Of a stretch of DNA of 64,000 nt, positions 48,484 through 57,738 are shown piece after piece. Location of the stretch: the IMG/VR virus record IMGVR_UViG_3300000101_000010; one strand, written 5' to 3'. Made by a program: the position numbers and the translations under genes. The notes beneath the pieces are model-generated. The model had not been told where the DNA came from. It was given only the letters and a program-made list of their open reading frames with translations, and made no database searches. This DNA is from a virus. Within the stretch, counting starts at the first letter, position 1; the number at the start of each line of letters is the position of its first letter.

Positions 48484-49452
48484 ATGGCAACATTAGCAGA
48501 GATCAGAGCTAAACTTAAAGAGCAAGAATCACGCACAGGTGGTTCAGACAACAGAAGCGGCGGCGACAACGCAATTTACCCATTTTGGAATTTGAAGGAA
48601 GGTCAGACTAGCACAGTCAGATTCTTACCTGATGGTGACGAAAACAATACATTTTTCTGGCAGGAACGTTTAATGATTAAACTTCCATTCGCTGGAATTA
48701 AAGGCGAGACAGACTCTCGTCCAGTACAGGTACAAGTACCATGTATGGAAATGTATGGGGAAACTTGTCCAGTACTTTCAGAAGTACGTGGATGGTTTAA
48801 AGATCCAAAGTTAGAGGATATGGGTCGTAAGTATTGGAAAAAGCGTTCATACGTATTCCAAGGCTTTGTGACTGATAACCAAATTTCAGAGGATCAAACT
48901 CCGGAAAACCCAATCAGACGTTTTATAATTGGACCACAAATCTTCCAAATCATTAAGGGAGCATTAATGGATCCAGATATGAACGAACTACCTACAGACT
49001 ACACAGCAGGTGTAGACTTTAGAATCGCTAAGACATCCAAAGGCGGATATGCTGATTACTCAACATCAAACTGGGCTCGTAGAGAGCGTCCGTTAGATGA
49101 AGCTGAGTATAAAGCAATTGAAGACAATGGCTTGTTTAACATGAGCGACTACTTGCCTAAGAAACCTGAAGCAGTAGCAGTTGAAGTTATCAAGAAAATG
49201 TTTGAAGCATCAGTAGATGGTGAAGCATACGACATGGAAGCATTTGGTCAATACTTTAGACCAGCAGGCGTAAGAGCGGCAACTGGTGATCCAGTTAAAG
49301 CAAGTACACCAGCACCGGCTCCAGCGGCACCAGCAGTAGCACAAGCAACGGCTCCAGTAGCTGATGCAGTAGCACCTACGGCAACTGAAGCGGCAGGCGA
49401 TGGCAACAAAGCAGAAGACATCCTAGCGATGATCAGAAGCCGCCAGAGCTAG
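48484..49452 (+). CDS. gp32: Single-stranded DNA-binding protein (gp32-like)
   Basis: VRFLPD, CPV...YWKKRSY.FQG.V, G.DF.I.K..KGGYADY..S.W; SD GGAGG. Confidence 0.88.
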   Translation: MATLAEIRAKLKEQESRTGGSDNRSGGDNAIYPFWNLKEGQTSTVRFLPDGDENNTFFWQERLMIKLPFAGIKGETDSRPVQVQVPCMEMYGETCPVLSEVRGWFKDPKLEDMGRKYWKKRSYVFQGFVTDNQISEDQTPENPIRRFIIGPQIFQIIKGALMDPDMNELPTDYTAGVDFRIAKTSKGGYADYSTSNWARRERPLDEAEYKAIEDNGLFNMSDYLPKKPEAVAVEVIKKMFEASVDGEAYDMEAFGQYFRPAGVRAATGDPVKASTPAPAPAAPAVAQATAPVADAVAPTATEAAGDGNKAEDILAMIRSRQS

Positions 49453-49458
49453 TTTAAA

Positions 49459-49493
49459 CTGAGTGGGTGTAGTTAACGCTACACCCTATTCAG
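49459..49493 (+). other. Intergenic RNA hairpin between ssb and uvsX
   Basis: gggtgtag-ttaacg-ctacaccc core, extendable to ctgagt/attcag; no U tract, so a processing or stability element is as likely as a terminator. Confidence 0.6.
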
Positions 49494-49514
49494 ACAATCT
49501 GATAAGGAGATACA

Positions 49515-50600
49515 ATGGCTAATAAAGCATTTGACGTTTCTAAGTTTCGTAAAAACTTAACTAAATCAATCACAGGCATGAGTAGTGGATTTAACGATCC
49601 AACTGATTGGATTAGTACAGGTAACTATGCCTTAAACTATCTTATTAGTGGCGACTTTCACAAAGGTGTTCCGCTAGGTAAGGTAACTGTTTTTGCAGGA
49701 GAATCTGGTGCAGGTAAGAGTTATATCTGTGCAGGTAACATTGTAAAAGCGGCACAAGAACAAGGTATCTTTGTAGTCTTAATTGACTCAGAGAACGCAC
49801 TTGATGAGAGTTGGCTTAAAGCTCTCGATGTTGATACATCAGAAGATAAACTTCTTAAACTAAACATGTCAATGATTGATGACGTTGCTAAAACTATTAG
49901 TACGTTTATGATTGACTATAAAACAATGCCAGACGAAGAACGTCCTAAGATTTTGTTTGTAGTTGACAGTTTAGGTATGTTACTTACACCTACAGATGTT
50001 GACCAGTTTAACAAGGGTGATATGAAAGGTGATATGGGTCGTAAGCCTAAAGCACTAACTTCATTAGTCCGTAATACTGTTAACATGATTGGTAGTTGTA
50101 ATGTAGGATTAGTTTGTACTAATCACACATACGCTTCACAAGATATGTTTGATCCAGATGATAAGATATCAGGTGGACAAGGCTTTATCTATGCATCAAG
50201 TATTGTTGTTGCAATGAAAAAGTTGAAGCTAAAAGAAGACGAAGATGGTAACAAGATCAGTCAAGTTATGGGTATCCGTGCAGGCTGTAAGGTTATGAAA
50301 ACTCGTTATGCAAAACCTTTTGAAGGAGTACAAGTTAAGATTCCTTATGAAACAGGTATGAATCCATACAGTGGATTGGTTGACTTGTTTGAGAAAAAAG
50401 GTTTACTTGTCAAAGACGGTAACAGACTAAGGTATACTGATTCTAAAGGTAATGAAGTAAAAGAATATCGTAAAGTGTGGGAAGCAGGCGGTGACGCTCT
50501 TGACACAATTATGATGGACTGGACCAACATTGCTGAAGCAGTTGAAACAGTTGAAGAAGCCGTAGTCGAAACCGATGAGGCAGAGGTAGCTAATAGCTAA
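49515..50600 (+). CDS. uvsX: RecA-like recombinase
   Basis: FAGESGAGKS P-loop, LIDSENALD, VVDSLG, GGQGFIYASS. Confidence 0.93.
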   Translation: MANKAFDVSKFRKNLTKSITGMSSGFNDPTDWISTGNYALNYLISGDFHKGVPLGKVTVFAGESGAGKSYICAGNIVKAAQEQGIFVVLIDSENALDESWLKALDVDTSEDKLLKLNMSMIDDVAKTISTFMIDYKTMPDEERPKILFVVDSLGMLLTPTDVDQFNKGDMKGDMGRKPKALTSLVRNTVNMIGSCNVGLVCTNHTYASQDMFDPDDKISGGQGFIYASSIVVAMKKLKLKEDEDGNKISQVMGIRAGCKVMKTRYAKPFEGVQVKIPYETGMNPYSGLVDLFEKKGLLVKDGNRLRYTDSKGNEVKEYRKVWEAGGDALDTIMMDWTNIAEAVETVEEAVVETDEAEVANS

Positions 50601-50644
50601 CTACTTTTTGTATAAGTAGCAGTATTAAAACTAAGGAGAATAAA

Positions 50645-50878
50645 TTGGAATCAGGTTCAACAGTTATAGAAGTTTGGCAAGTGTTCAAAGAGTATCTTGA
50701 TAAGAAACATATAGAAACTATTGCTGAAAAGTATGTTGATCTATGTGCTGACTTGGGTACAAGTGATGAAGCATTTAGAGATGCGTTAGGTTCTGACAAT
50801 AACTTAGATAAAGCTATTGGGTATTTTCTAGAAGAAGAAACTGACGAAGATTCGTTTGATAACGAGGACGATTACTAA
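50645..50878 (+). CDS. Small acidic hypothetical protein
   Basis: TTG start after AGGAG; acidic C-terminus; sits between uvsX and uvsY. Confidence 0.6.
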   Translation: MESGSTVIEVWQVFKEYLDKKHIETIAEKYVDLCADLGTSDEAFRDALGSDNNLDKAIGYFLEEETDEDSFDNEDDY

Positions 50879-51333
50879 TGGGATGGTATTCTGATATTGC
50901 TAGAGACATTAGCAACATTCCAAAAGCTATTGCATTTTACGAAAGTGAGTTGCAAGAAGCAAGGTTGGAGTGCAAAATAAAAGGTAATGTTGAAAGAGCT
51001 TCGGCATCAATGCCGGGTATAGTTGAACAACGTTTCAACCAATTACAAGAGCTAGAAGCAATATTAGAATACCTAAACATTGAGTTACGTAGGTTACGTA
51101 GTAGCTTTTTTAGGAAATATTTAGAAAGCTATGCTCGTGCATTGTCGAGTAGAGATGTAGAAAAATATGTAGACGGTGAAGCTGACGTTGTTGATTATGA
51201 AAAAATCATTAACGAGTTTGCATTGATGCGTAATAAATGGTTAGGCGTTTGTAAGGGCCTAGATCAAAAACAATGGCAACTTACAAACATAGTTAAATTA
51301 AGAGTAGCTGGCATGGAAGATGCTAGTATATAA
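50878..51333 (+). CDS. uvsY: Recombination mediator
   Basis: F..YLE.Y.RALSSRD.EKYVDGE..V....LMRNKWLG..KGLD.K.WQL.NI..LR.AG. Confidence 0.82.
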   Translation: MGWYSDIARDISNIPKAIAFYESELQEARLECKIKGNVERASASMPGIVEQRFNQLQELEAILEYLNIELRRLRSSFFRKYLESYARALSSRDVEKYVDGEADVVDYEKIINEFALMRNKWLGVCKGLDQKQWQLTNIVKLRVAGMEDASI

Positions 51334-51352
51334 CATAGGAATAAATTAAGAT

Positions 51353-51937
51353 ATGAGTTACCAATTACCAGGTGAAAAGAAAATAATTGAAAAATGGGAT
51401 AAGATTCCAGGAGATGTCACTTTCGTTTTACGTGAAGGAGATGAAGTTGGTGATGATGGCGGATGTGCCATTGGTGGCTGTTGGGTAAAGAAAACTAGTG
51501 CAGAACTTTTTGCAAATAAAAAAGTTGTCATCTTTGGTTTGCCCGGAGCATTTACACCAACGTGTAGTTCAGAACAACTACCAACATTTGAAAAAATGTA
51601 TGAACAGTTTAAAGCACAAGGCGTAGATGAAGTATATTGTGTAAGTGTTAACGATGCATTTGTAATGAATGCATGGGCTAAAGAACTAGGATGTACTAAC
51701 GTTAAATTACTAGCAGATGGTAATGCAGACTTTACATATGCTATTGGTATGCTTTGTAATAAACAACATTTAGGCTTTGCAAACAGATCATGGAGATATG
51801 CAATGTATGTTGACAACATGACTGTTAATGAAAGTTTCATTGAAGAAGGTTACAACAACTGCGGAGACGATCAAGATCCGTATGTTGAATCAACACCTGA
51901 AAATGTAATCCAGTATATCGAAACACTAAACCGTTAA
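51353..51937 (+). CDS. Peroxiredoxin (Prx5 / redoxin type)
   Basis: LPGAFTPTCS (PxxxTxxC), SVNDAFVMNAW, RSWRYAM. Confidence 0.92.
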   Translation: MSYQLPGEKKIIEKWDKIPGDVTFVLREGDEVGDDGGCAIGGCWVKKTSAELFANKKVVIFGLPGAFTPTCSSEQLPTFEKMYEQFKAQGVDEVYCVSVNDAFVMNAWAKELGCTNVKLLADGNADFTYAIGMLCNKQHLGFANRSWRYAMYVDNMTVNESFIEEGYNNCGDDQDPYVESTPENVIQYIETLNR

Positions 51938-51940
51938 AGT

Positions 51941-51947
51941 TTAAATA
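51941..51947 (+). promoter_or_regulatory. Late promoter box (TTAAATA) for the second sugar cluster
   Basis: 5 nt before ATG 51953; no SD. Confidence 0.6.
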
Positions 51948-51952
51948 CTAGT

Positions 51953-52765
51953 ATGATAAACGTACTAGTGACAGGTGGGTTCGATCCCTTACATTCCGGC
52001 CATATTGAATACTTCAAGGCCGCAAAACAATTAGGTGATAAACTAATTGTTGCAGTAAACTCAGATGAATGGCTGACTCGAAAAAAGGGTCGGCCTTTCA
52101 TGTCCTTTAAAGAAAGACTTGCAATCATAAAAGAACTTGCTATCGTAGACAAAGTTATAGGCTTTGACGATGAAGACGATTCAGCATGTCATGCAATATT
52201 CCATACCATGTCAACCGAAGTAGGAAAAGTTATTTTTGCTAATGGCGGTGACAGAACTAATACAACAACTCCAGAGTACAAAATATACGGCGACCATCCT
52301 CAAGTCCATTTTGAATTTGGGGTAGGTGGAGAAAACAAAATGAATAGTAGCAGTTGGATACTAGACGAGTGGAAGACACAAAAGACAGAACGTGATTGGG
52401 GTTATTGGCGTGTACTAGATGACAAACCCAAACAAGGTTACAAAGTAAAAGAGCTTGTAATATATCCAGGCAAACGTCTAAGCGATCAAAAACATTTTAA
52501 ACGTAGTGAACAATGGAACATACTTGAAGGCGAAGTTAAAATGGTAACCGAATGGGAAGGCAGACAAGAGATTGTTTACTTAAAGCCTCAAGGTATGCCA
52601 TATGAAATTAATAAAGAAGTTTGGCACTTACCAAGTAACCCTGGTAAAGTAAATGCACATATACTAGAAATACAACGTGGCGAACAATGTATAGAAGAAG
52701 ATATTGAAAGACGTGGCGTTCCAGATTACGAGTATGATCAGTGGCATGAAGGATCGCCAGTATAG
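51953..52765 (+). CDS. HIGH-family nucleotidyltransferase (TagD/RfaE-like) fused to a PMI-type-II cupin
   Basis: GGFDPLHSGH, VNSDEWL..KKG, NGGDR; C-terminal RDWGYWRVLD...KVKEL...PG..LS.QKH..RSEQW. Confidence 0.85.
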   Translation: MINVLVTGGFDPLHSGHIEYFKAAKQLGDKLIVAVNSDEWLTRKKGRPFMSFKERLAIIKELAIVDKVIGFDDEDDSACHAIFHTMSTEVGKVIFANGGDRTNTTTPEYKIYGDHPQVHFEFGVGGENKMNSSSWILDEWKTQKTERDWGYWRVLDDKPKQGYKVKELVIYPGKRLSDQKHFKRSEQWNILEGEVKMVTEWEGRQEIVYLKPQGMPYEINKEVWHLPSNPGKVNAHILEIQRGEQCIEEDIERRGVPDYEYDQWHEGSPV

Positions 52766-52766
52766 C

Positions 52767-53447
52767 ATGACAGCAACTTTCATGCCAACTAAAAAAGAGC
52801 TTCGTATAGTAGAAGAAGTTGCTCCGTATACAATGACAAGCGGACAACGTATAACACAGACTATACGGGCTGTAAGAGACCTTGACGCTAATAATATTAC
52901 AGGCGATATAGTTGAGTGTGGAGTATGGAAGGGCGGACAAATTATTAGTGCTTGGTTAGCTAATAATAAAACAAATAGAAACTTTTGGTTATACGATACA
53001 TTTGAAGGCATGACACAACCAACTGTACATGATCATAAAATAAATGAACTAGGTGCAGTAACACATGCAAGGTTTAGTCGCAAAGCAAAGCACGGTTTCG
53101 ATCAGTGGTGCAGAGCAGAAATTGGAGAAGTTAGTACTAATGTATTCAAATATATTCCTCCACATCAGTGCAATTTTATTAAAGGTCCTGTTGAACAAAC
53201 ACTATTAGATAAGAATAATTTACCAAAAAATATTGCATTATTACGCTTAGATACCGACTGGTATGAAAGTACATTACAAGAATTATTAACACTATGGCCG
53301 TTATTAAACGTAGGTGGTTACATGGTTTTAGACGACTATAACAGTTGGCGTGGAAGTCAAAAAGCCTTTCATGAGGTGTTTGGCACCTCTCTTGAGATAC
53401 ATACTATTGATAGAACCGCAGTATATGTTAGGAAGGTCAAAGCATGA
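52767..53447 (+). CDS. TylF/MycF/NovP-family sugar O-methyltransferase
   Basis: GDIVECGVWKGG, LYDTFEGM, LRLDTDWYEST, LDDY..W.G. Start refined to MTATF (52767). Confidence 0.88.
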   Translation: MTATFMPTKKELRIVEEVAPYTMTSGQRITQTIRAVRDLDANNITGDIVECGVWKGGQIISAWLANNKTNRNFWLYDTFEGMTQPTVHDHKINELGAVTHARFSRKAKHGFDQWCRAEIGEVSTNVFKYIPPHQCNFIKGPVEQTLLDKNNLPKNIALLRLDTDWYESTLQELLTLWPLLNVGGYMVLDDYNSWRGSQKAFHEVFGTSLEIHTIDRTAVYVRKVKA

Positions 53448-54124
53448 ATAAAGTATTTGTAGGATACGATCCAAGAGAAGATATTGCATACCAAGTATGT
53501 AAACACAGTATCCAAACTCAAAGTAAAAACGTAAGTGTACATTCATTAAAACAACAAGAGTTAAGAGACTCTGGTTGGTATAAAAGACCAATTGACAAAC
53601 TAGCAAGTACTGAATTTACATTCACAAGATTCCTAGTTCCAGAGCTTACAAACTTTAAAGGTTGGGCATTGTTTATAGACTGTGATATGATTTTACAAAC
53701 AGACATACAAAAATTATTTGATCAAGCAGACGACAAATATGCTGTTATGTGTGTTAAACATGATTACGAAGTACAAGAAGGTACTAAGATGGACGGACAA
53801 AAACAAACAGTTTATCCACGTAAGAATTGGTCAAGCGTAATGCTGTTCAACTGCGAACATCCACAAAATGCTAGACTTACACAAGACATGGTAAACAGTA
53901 ACGAATTAAACGGAGCATACTTCCACAGATTTAGTTGGCTTGAAGATGATGCGTATCTAGGAGAATTAGATCACACATGGAACTATCTAGTAGGTGTGTA
54001 TGATGATATTGAAAAGCCTAACCTTATCCATTATACAGAAGGTGGACCTTGGTTTGAGAACTATCGAAATTGTGAATTTGCTCAAGAATGGAAAGACAAT
54101 TTATATCAAATGATGGATAGATAA
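53444..54124 (+). CDS. GT-A glycosyltransferase (GT8-like)
   Basis: VGYDPRE, STEFTFTRFLVP, FIDCDM (DxD), YPRKNWSS, HYTEGGPW. Confidence 0.75.
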   Translation: MNKVFVGYDPREDIAYQVCKHSIQTQSKNVSVHSLKQQELRDSGWYKRPIDKLASTEFTFTRFLVPELTNFKGWALFIDCDMILQTDIQKLFDQADDKYAVMCVKHDYEVQEGTKMDGQKQTVYPRKNWSSVMLFNCEHPQNARLTQDMVNSNELNGAYFHRFSWLEDDAYLGELDHTWNYLVGVYDDIEKPNLIHYTEGGPWFENYRNCEFAQEWKDNLYQMMDR

Positions 54125-54125
54125 T

Positions 54126-55124
54126 ATGAGTGAAAACAATACAGGCGAATGGGATACCAGAGTGATTAGACCACATTTAAAAGAAATGATAGATAAGATT
54201 TTGCACAGCGTTGCAACTGGAGAACAAAGGCATGCTGTAGAAGCAGTTTCAGAAGTTTTCCAAGAAGTAAAAAACCCTCCAGTAATATGTGTAGACAGCG
54301 GAATTAAAAAAGTAGAAAAGAAAGTTAAAGGTTCTTTTGGACTTATTGATTCTTTTGTAATGGGCATGGCACTAGGTAGTGGCGGTAAGTATATTCGTGC
54401 TGACGATGTTGATTGGGAAGATGATACTCCATTACTAGTTAGAGGACTAGGCAAACAAAAATTAATTAAGATGTGTATTGAACGTGGTAGAGATTTCTAC
54501 TTTATGGACACAGGTTATGTAGGTAACAATCCAAGTACACGTAATCCAAATGGTAAAAAAACTTATCATAGAATTGTAAAAAATGCATTACAAAACTTAC
54601 ACATGCCTGACAGAGAGCAACCAGGATCAGATAAATGGTATGGTGGCGGACGTTGGAATTCATTAGCTATTCCATTTAAAGACGCAACACCAGGACGTAA
54701 AATATTAGTAGTACCACCAAGCGAAAAGGTAATGAAATACTTTGATCAAGACTTGGACACATGGATCGATCAAACTATTGCTACTATTAGAAAGAACACA
54801 TCAAGACCTGTACAGCTACGTAAGAAGCCAAGTAGAGAAGATCGTGTTAGTGTTAACACAATGGAGCAGGCACTTGCAGATGATGTACATTGCCTAGTAA
54901 CATACAACAGTATTGCCGCACTTGAAGCAATGATATATGGTAAACCTGCCGTAGTGCTAGGACCAAATTGTGCTCAAGATATTTGCGAAACTAGTTTAAA
55001 GAGAATTGAATTTGCTGAGCATCCAGGGAGGAAACAGTTAACTTATTTGTGTAGATACCTATCTAATAACCAATTTACATATGATGAAATGTTAAGTGGT
55101 TACGCCTGGAGCATAGTAAAATGA
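54126..55124 (+). CDS. KpsS/KpsC-like (capsule-synthesis, GT-B) protein 1
   Basis: FMDTGY, ILVVP, QLRKKP, VTYNSIAALEAMIYGKP. Confidence 0.6.
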   Translation: MSENNTGEWDTRVIRPHLKEMIDKILHSVATGEQRHAVEAVSEVFQEVKNPPVICVDSGIKKVEKKVKGSFGLIDSFVMGMALGSGGKYIRADDVDWEDDTPLLVRGLGKQKLIKMCIERGRDFYFMDTGYVGNNPSTRNPNGKKTYHRIVKNALQNLHMPDREQPGSDKWYGGGRWNSLAIPFKDATPGRKILVVPPSEKVMKYFDQDLDTWIDQTIATIRKNTSRPVQLRKKPSREDRVSVNTMEQALADDVHCLVTYNSIAALEAMIYGKPAVVLGPNCAQDICETSLKRIEFAEHPGRKQLTYLCRYLSNNQFTYDEMLSGYAWSIVK

Positions 55125-56068
55125 GAGTTATAGGTTACACTAAAGTTATACCACCTGGGAACAAAGGCAAGTTGCCTAAGCCGGGTAGACCAATTAAACC
55201 AAATCATAAATTAGATATTATCAAAAATTTTATATCAGGAGTCAGGGTGTCGGGGGACAACGGGTTGGTATATGATGGATTTGATACAATGGCATGTGAC
55301 GTAGCTGTTATGCAAGGCTTTATGCACGAAGACAGTCAAGCAGTACCACACATTAACTTACGCAGAAGTATTGCAAGTAACACAGCTAACAAACGTTTTA
55401 TTACAGCAGATAGTAACTTATTTTTATACAAAGCAAAACAAAATGAACCACATCATTACTTACGTTATAGTTATGATGGAGTGTTTGCTAACACCGCAGA
55501 GTATTGCAATGAAGAGCCAGGTGATGCACAATGGGAAAAGATACAACGTGACTTAGGTGTTAAACTAAAGCCATGGGACTATAATAACAGAGATAATATT
55601 TTATTATGTTTACAACGTAATGGTGGTTGGAGCATGAAAGGTAAAGATGTTGTTACTTGGGCTAATACTAAAATTGCAGAGATTAGACAGTACACAACTA
55701 GACCTATTATTATTAGACCACACCCAGGAGATAAAAAAGCACCTGAGTATGTAAAAAGAATCACAGGCGACAACATTAGAATTAGTTTTCAACCAGACAT
55801 TGCACAAGACCTAGCAACTGCACATTGTTCTATTGTGTACAACAGTAGCCCAGGTGTAGCTAGTATTATAGAAGGTGTTCCTGTTATATGCGAAGACTGG
55901 CAAGCAAGTCAAGTACAAGAAGTATGCTTTCAAAGAATAGATGCATTGTCAAAATTAAGACCGTTTGATAGAGAAAAATGGATTAGAAAAATATCACAAT
56001 GCCATTGGAGTTTTGCAGACTTAAAAAGTGGCGAAGCATGGGAATGGATGAGGAGATACGTAAAATGA
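55121..56068 (+). CDS. KpsS/KpsC-like protein 2
   Basis: ILLCLQR, IIIRPHPGD, VYNSSPGVASIIEGVP. Confidence 0.6.
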   Translation: MRVIGYTKVIPPGNKGKLPKPGRPIKPNHKLDIIKNFISGVRVSGDNGLVYDGFDTMACDVAVMQGFMHEDSQAVPHINLRRSIASNTANKRFITADSNLFLYKAKQNEPHHYLRYSYDGVFANTAEYCNEEPGDAQWEKIQRDLGVKLKPWDYNNRDNILLCLQRNGGWSMKGKDVVTWANTKIAEIRQYTTRPIIIRPHPGDKKAPEYVKRITGDNIRISFQPDIAQDLATAHCSIVYNSSPGVASIIEGVPVICEDWQASQVQEVCFQRIDALSKLRPFDREKWIRKISQCHWSFADLKSGEAWEWMRRYVK

Positions 56069-56880
56069 GAATAAAATGTATAACAACATTTCATCAACCA
56101 GGATTAGAAGAATACGGACAACGTCTTATTGATAGTTGGGCTAAGAACGTACACCCGGCAGTTGAGCTAGTAGTATATGCAGAAGATTGTATTCCTGTTG
56201 TACCACCAGGTGCAAATATCAAAGTTGTAAATGCTAAAGAAGTATTACCAAAACTTAATGCATTTAAAGAAAGACACAAAGACGATCCTAAAGCAAATGG
56301 TATATGTCCTTGGCCTGCTAGACGCCCAAGAGATCATCATAAGAAGTTTAAGTGGGACGCAGTACGTTTTGCAAACAAAACATATGCAGTATTTGAAGCC
56401 GCACAAGATCCTAACACAGATATTCTAGTTTGGATTGACGGTGATACATATGTACACAGTCCTATTACTTACGGACAATTTAGAAATTTAATACCTGCAT
56501 CACAATGGTTACACTACTTAGGTAGAAATAAAAAATGGCCTGAGTGCGGGTGGTACGGACTTACACTTAGAACTCCAGGGTGCGATGCATTCCTAAAAGA
56601 GTTTGAAAGAGTTTACGAAGAAGCTGATGACGGAATCTTTAAGATGGAAGAATGGCATGACAGTTATGTGTTTGATCAAGTCCTAAAGAAAATTAGAATA
56701 GAACATAAAAACATTAAAGACTTCAGCGGACATCTTGTAAACGGAGAAGGTCATCCGTTAATTAATTGTGAACTTGGCGCATTCTTTGATCATCTTAAAG
56801 GTGTAAGAAAGCAAGAAGGTAGGAGTCGAAAGAAAGACTTACTACAGCCAAGGAGCGAGTCATATTGGAATGAAGTTTAG
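56065..56880 (+). CDS. GT-A-fold glycosyltransferase-like protein
   Basis: WDAVRFANK, LVWIDGDT (DxD), EWHDSYVFD, DHLKG. Start refined to 56065 (ATGA overlap, AGGAG). Confidence 0.6.
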   Translation: MRIKCITTFHQPGLEEYGQRLIDSWAKNVHPAVELVVYAEDCIPVVPPGANIKVVNAKEVLPKLNAFKERHKDDPKANGICPWPARRPRDHHKKFKWDAVRFANKTYAVFEAAQDPNTDILVWIDGDTYVHSPITYGQFRNLIPASQWLHYLGRNKKWPECGWYGLTLRTPGCDAFLKEFERVYEEADDGIFKMEEWHDSYVFDQVLKKIRIEHKNIKDFSGHLVNGEGHPLINCELGAFFDHLKGVRKQEGRSRKKDLLQPRSESYWNEV

Positions 56881-57721
56881 TTTATTTACAGAGAATGGTG
56901 CACAGAATAGTAAACCAGTGTTTGACGCTTTTGCAACTAGTTTGCATAGTGCTGGCCATACCGTTACTGTTAATGACTGGGATTGCGATGTTGCTGTTAT
57001 TTGGAGTGTGCTTTGGTTTGGCAGAATGGCTGGAAACCAAAAAGTCTGGGAACACTTCCGAGCAATAAACAAACCTGTAATAGTATTAGAAGTAGGCGGA
57101 ATTCAAAGAGGCACTACATGGAAAGTAGGCATCAATGGTATTAACAGCGATGCTAACTTTGGTGCTAAAGGCAACGACAGTACTAGAGCAGACTTACTAG
57201 GACTTGAAGCAAAACGTTGGACTAACGATGGCCAACATATTCTTGTATGTGGACAACATGATAAAAGTTTACAATGGCAAGGCATGCCACGTATGAGTAA
57301 TTGGTTTCTAAACACTTACGATGAAATACGCAAACACACAGACCGTCCTATAGTATTTAGACCACACCCACGTTGTAGACTAGACCACATTGAACGTGGA
57401 CTTAGACATGTGTATAGACAAGAGCCTAACCATATTAACGATACATACGATGACTTTGATTTAGATTTTAACAACGTATGGGCTACTGTAAGCTACAGTA
57501 GTAATCCTGGTATACACAGTATACTAAACGGCGTTCCAGCGTTTGTAGGTACCAGCTCGTTAGCGTATGACGTCGGTAATGACATAGACTTCTTCCACGA
57601 TATAGAAGCACCCTTACAACCAGACAGGCGACTATGGTTGAATGACTACGCATACACAGAATGGACTTTGGATGAAATAGCCCAAGGTTTACCATTAAAA
57701 CGCTTGACTTCTGAACTATAA
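56870..57721 (+). CDS. KpsS/KpsC-like protein 3
   Basis: VLEVG, ILVCGQHDKS, IVFRPHP, VSYSSNPGIHSILNGVP. Confidence 0.6.
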   Translation: MKFSLFTENGAQNSKPVFDAFATSLHSAGHTVTVNDWDCDVAVIWSVLWFGRMAGNQKVWEHFRAINKPVIVLEVGGIQRGTTWKVGINGINSDANFGAKGNDSTRADLLGLEAKRWTNDGQHILVCGQHDKSLQWQGMPRMSNWFLNTYDEIRKHTDRPIVFRPHPRCRLDHIERGLRHVYRQEPNHINDTYDDFDLDFNNVWATVSYSSNPGIHSILNGVPAFVGTSSLAYDVGNDIDFFHDIEAPLQPDRRLWLNDYAYTEWTLDEIAQGLPLKRLTSEL

Positions 57722-57732
57722 TCTAGTATAAT
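57704..57732 (+). promoter_or_regulatory. Sigma70-type promoter (TTGACT-17-TATAAT)
   Basis: Near-consensus; ATG 57739 lies 6 nt after the -10 box. Confidence 0.78.
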
Positions 57733-57738
57733 ACATAC

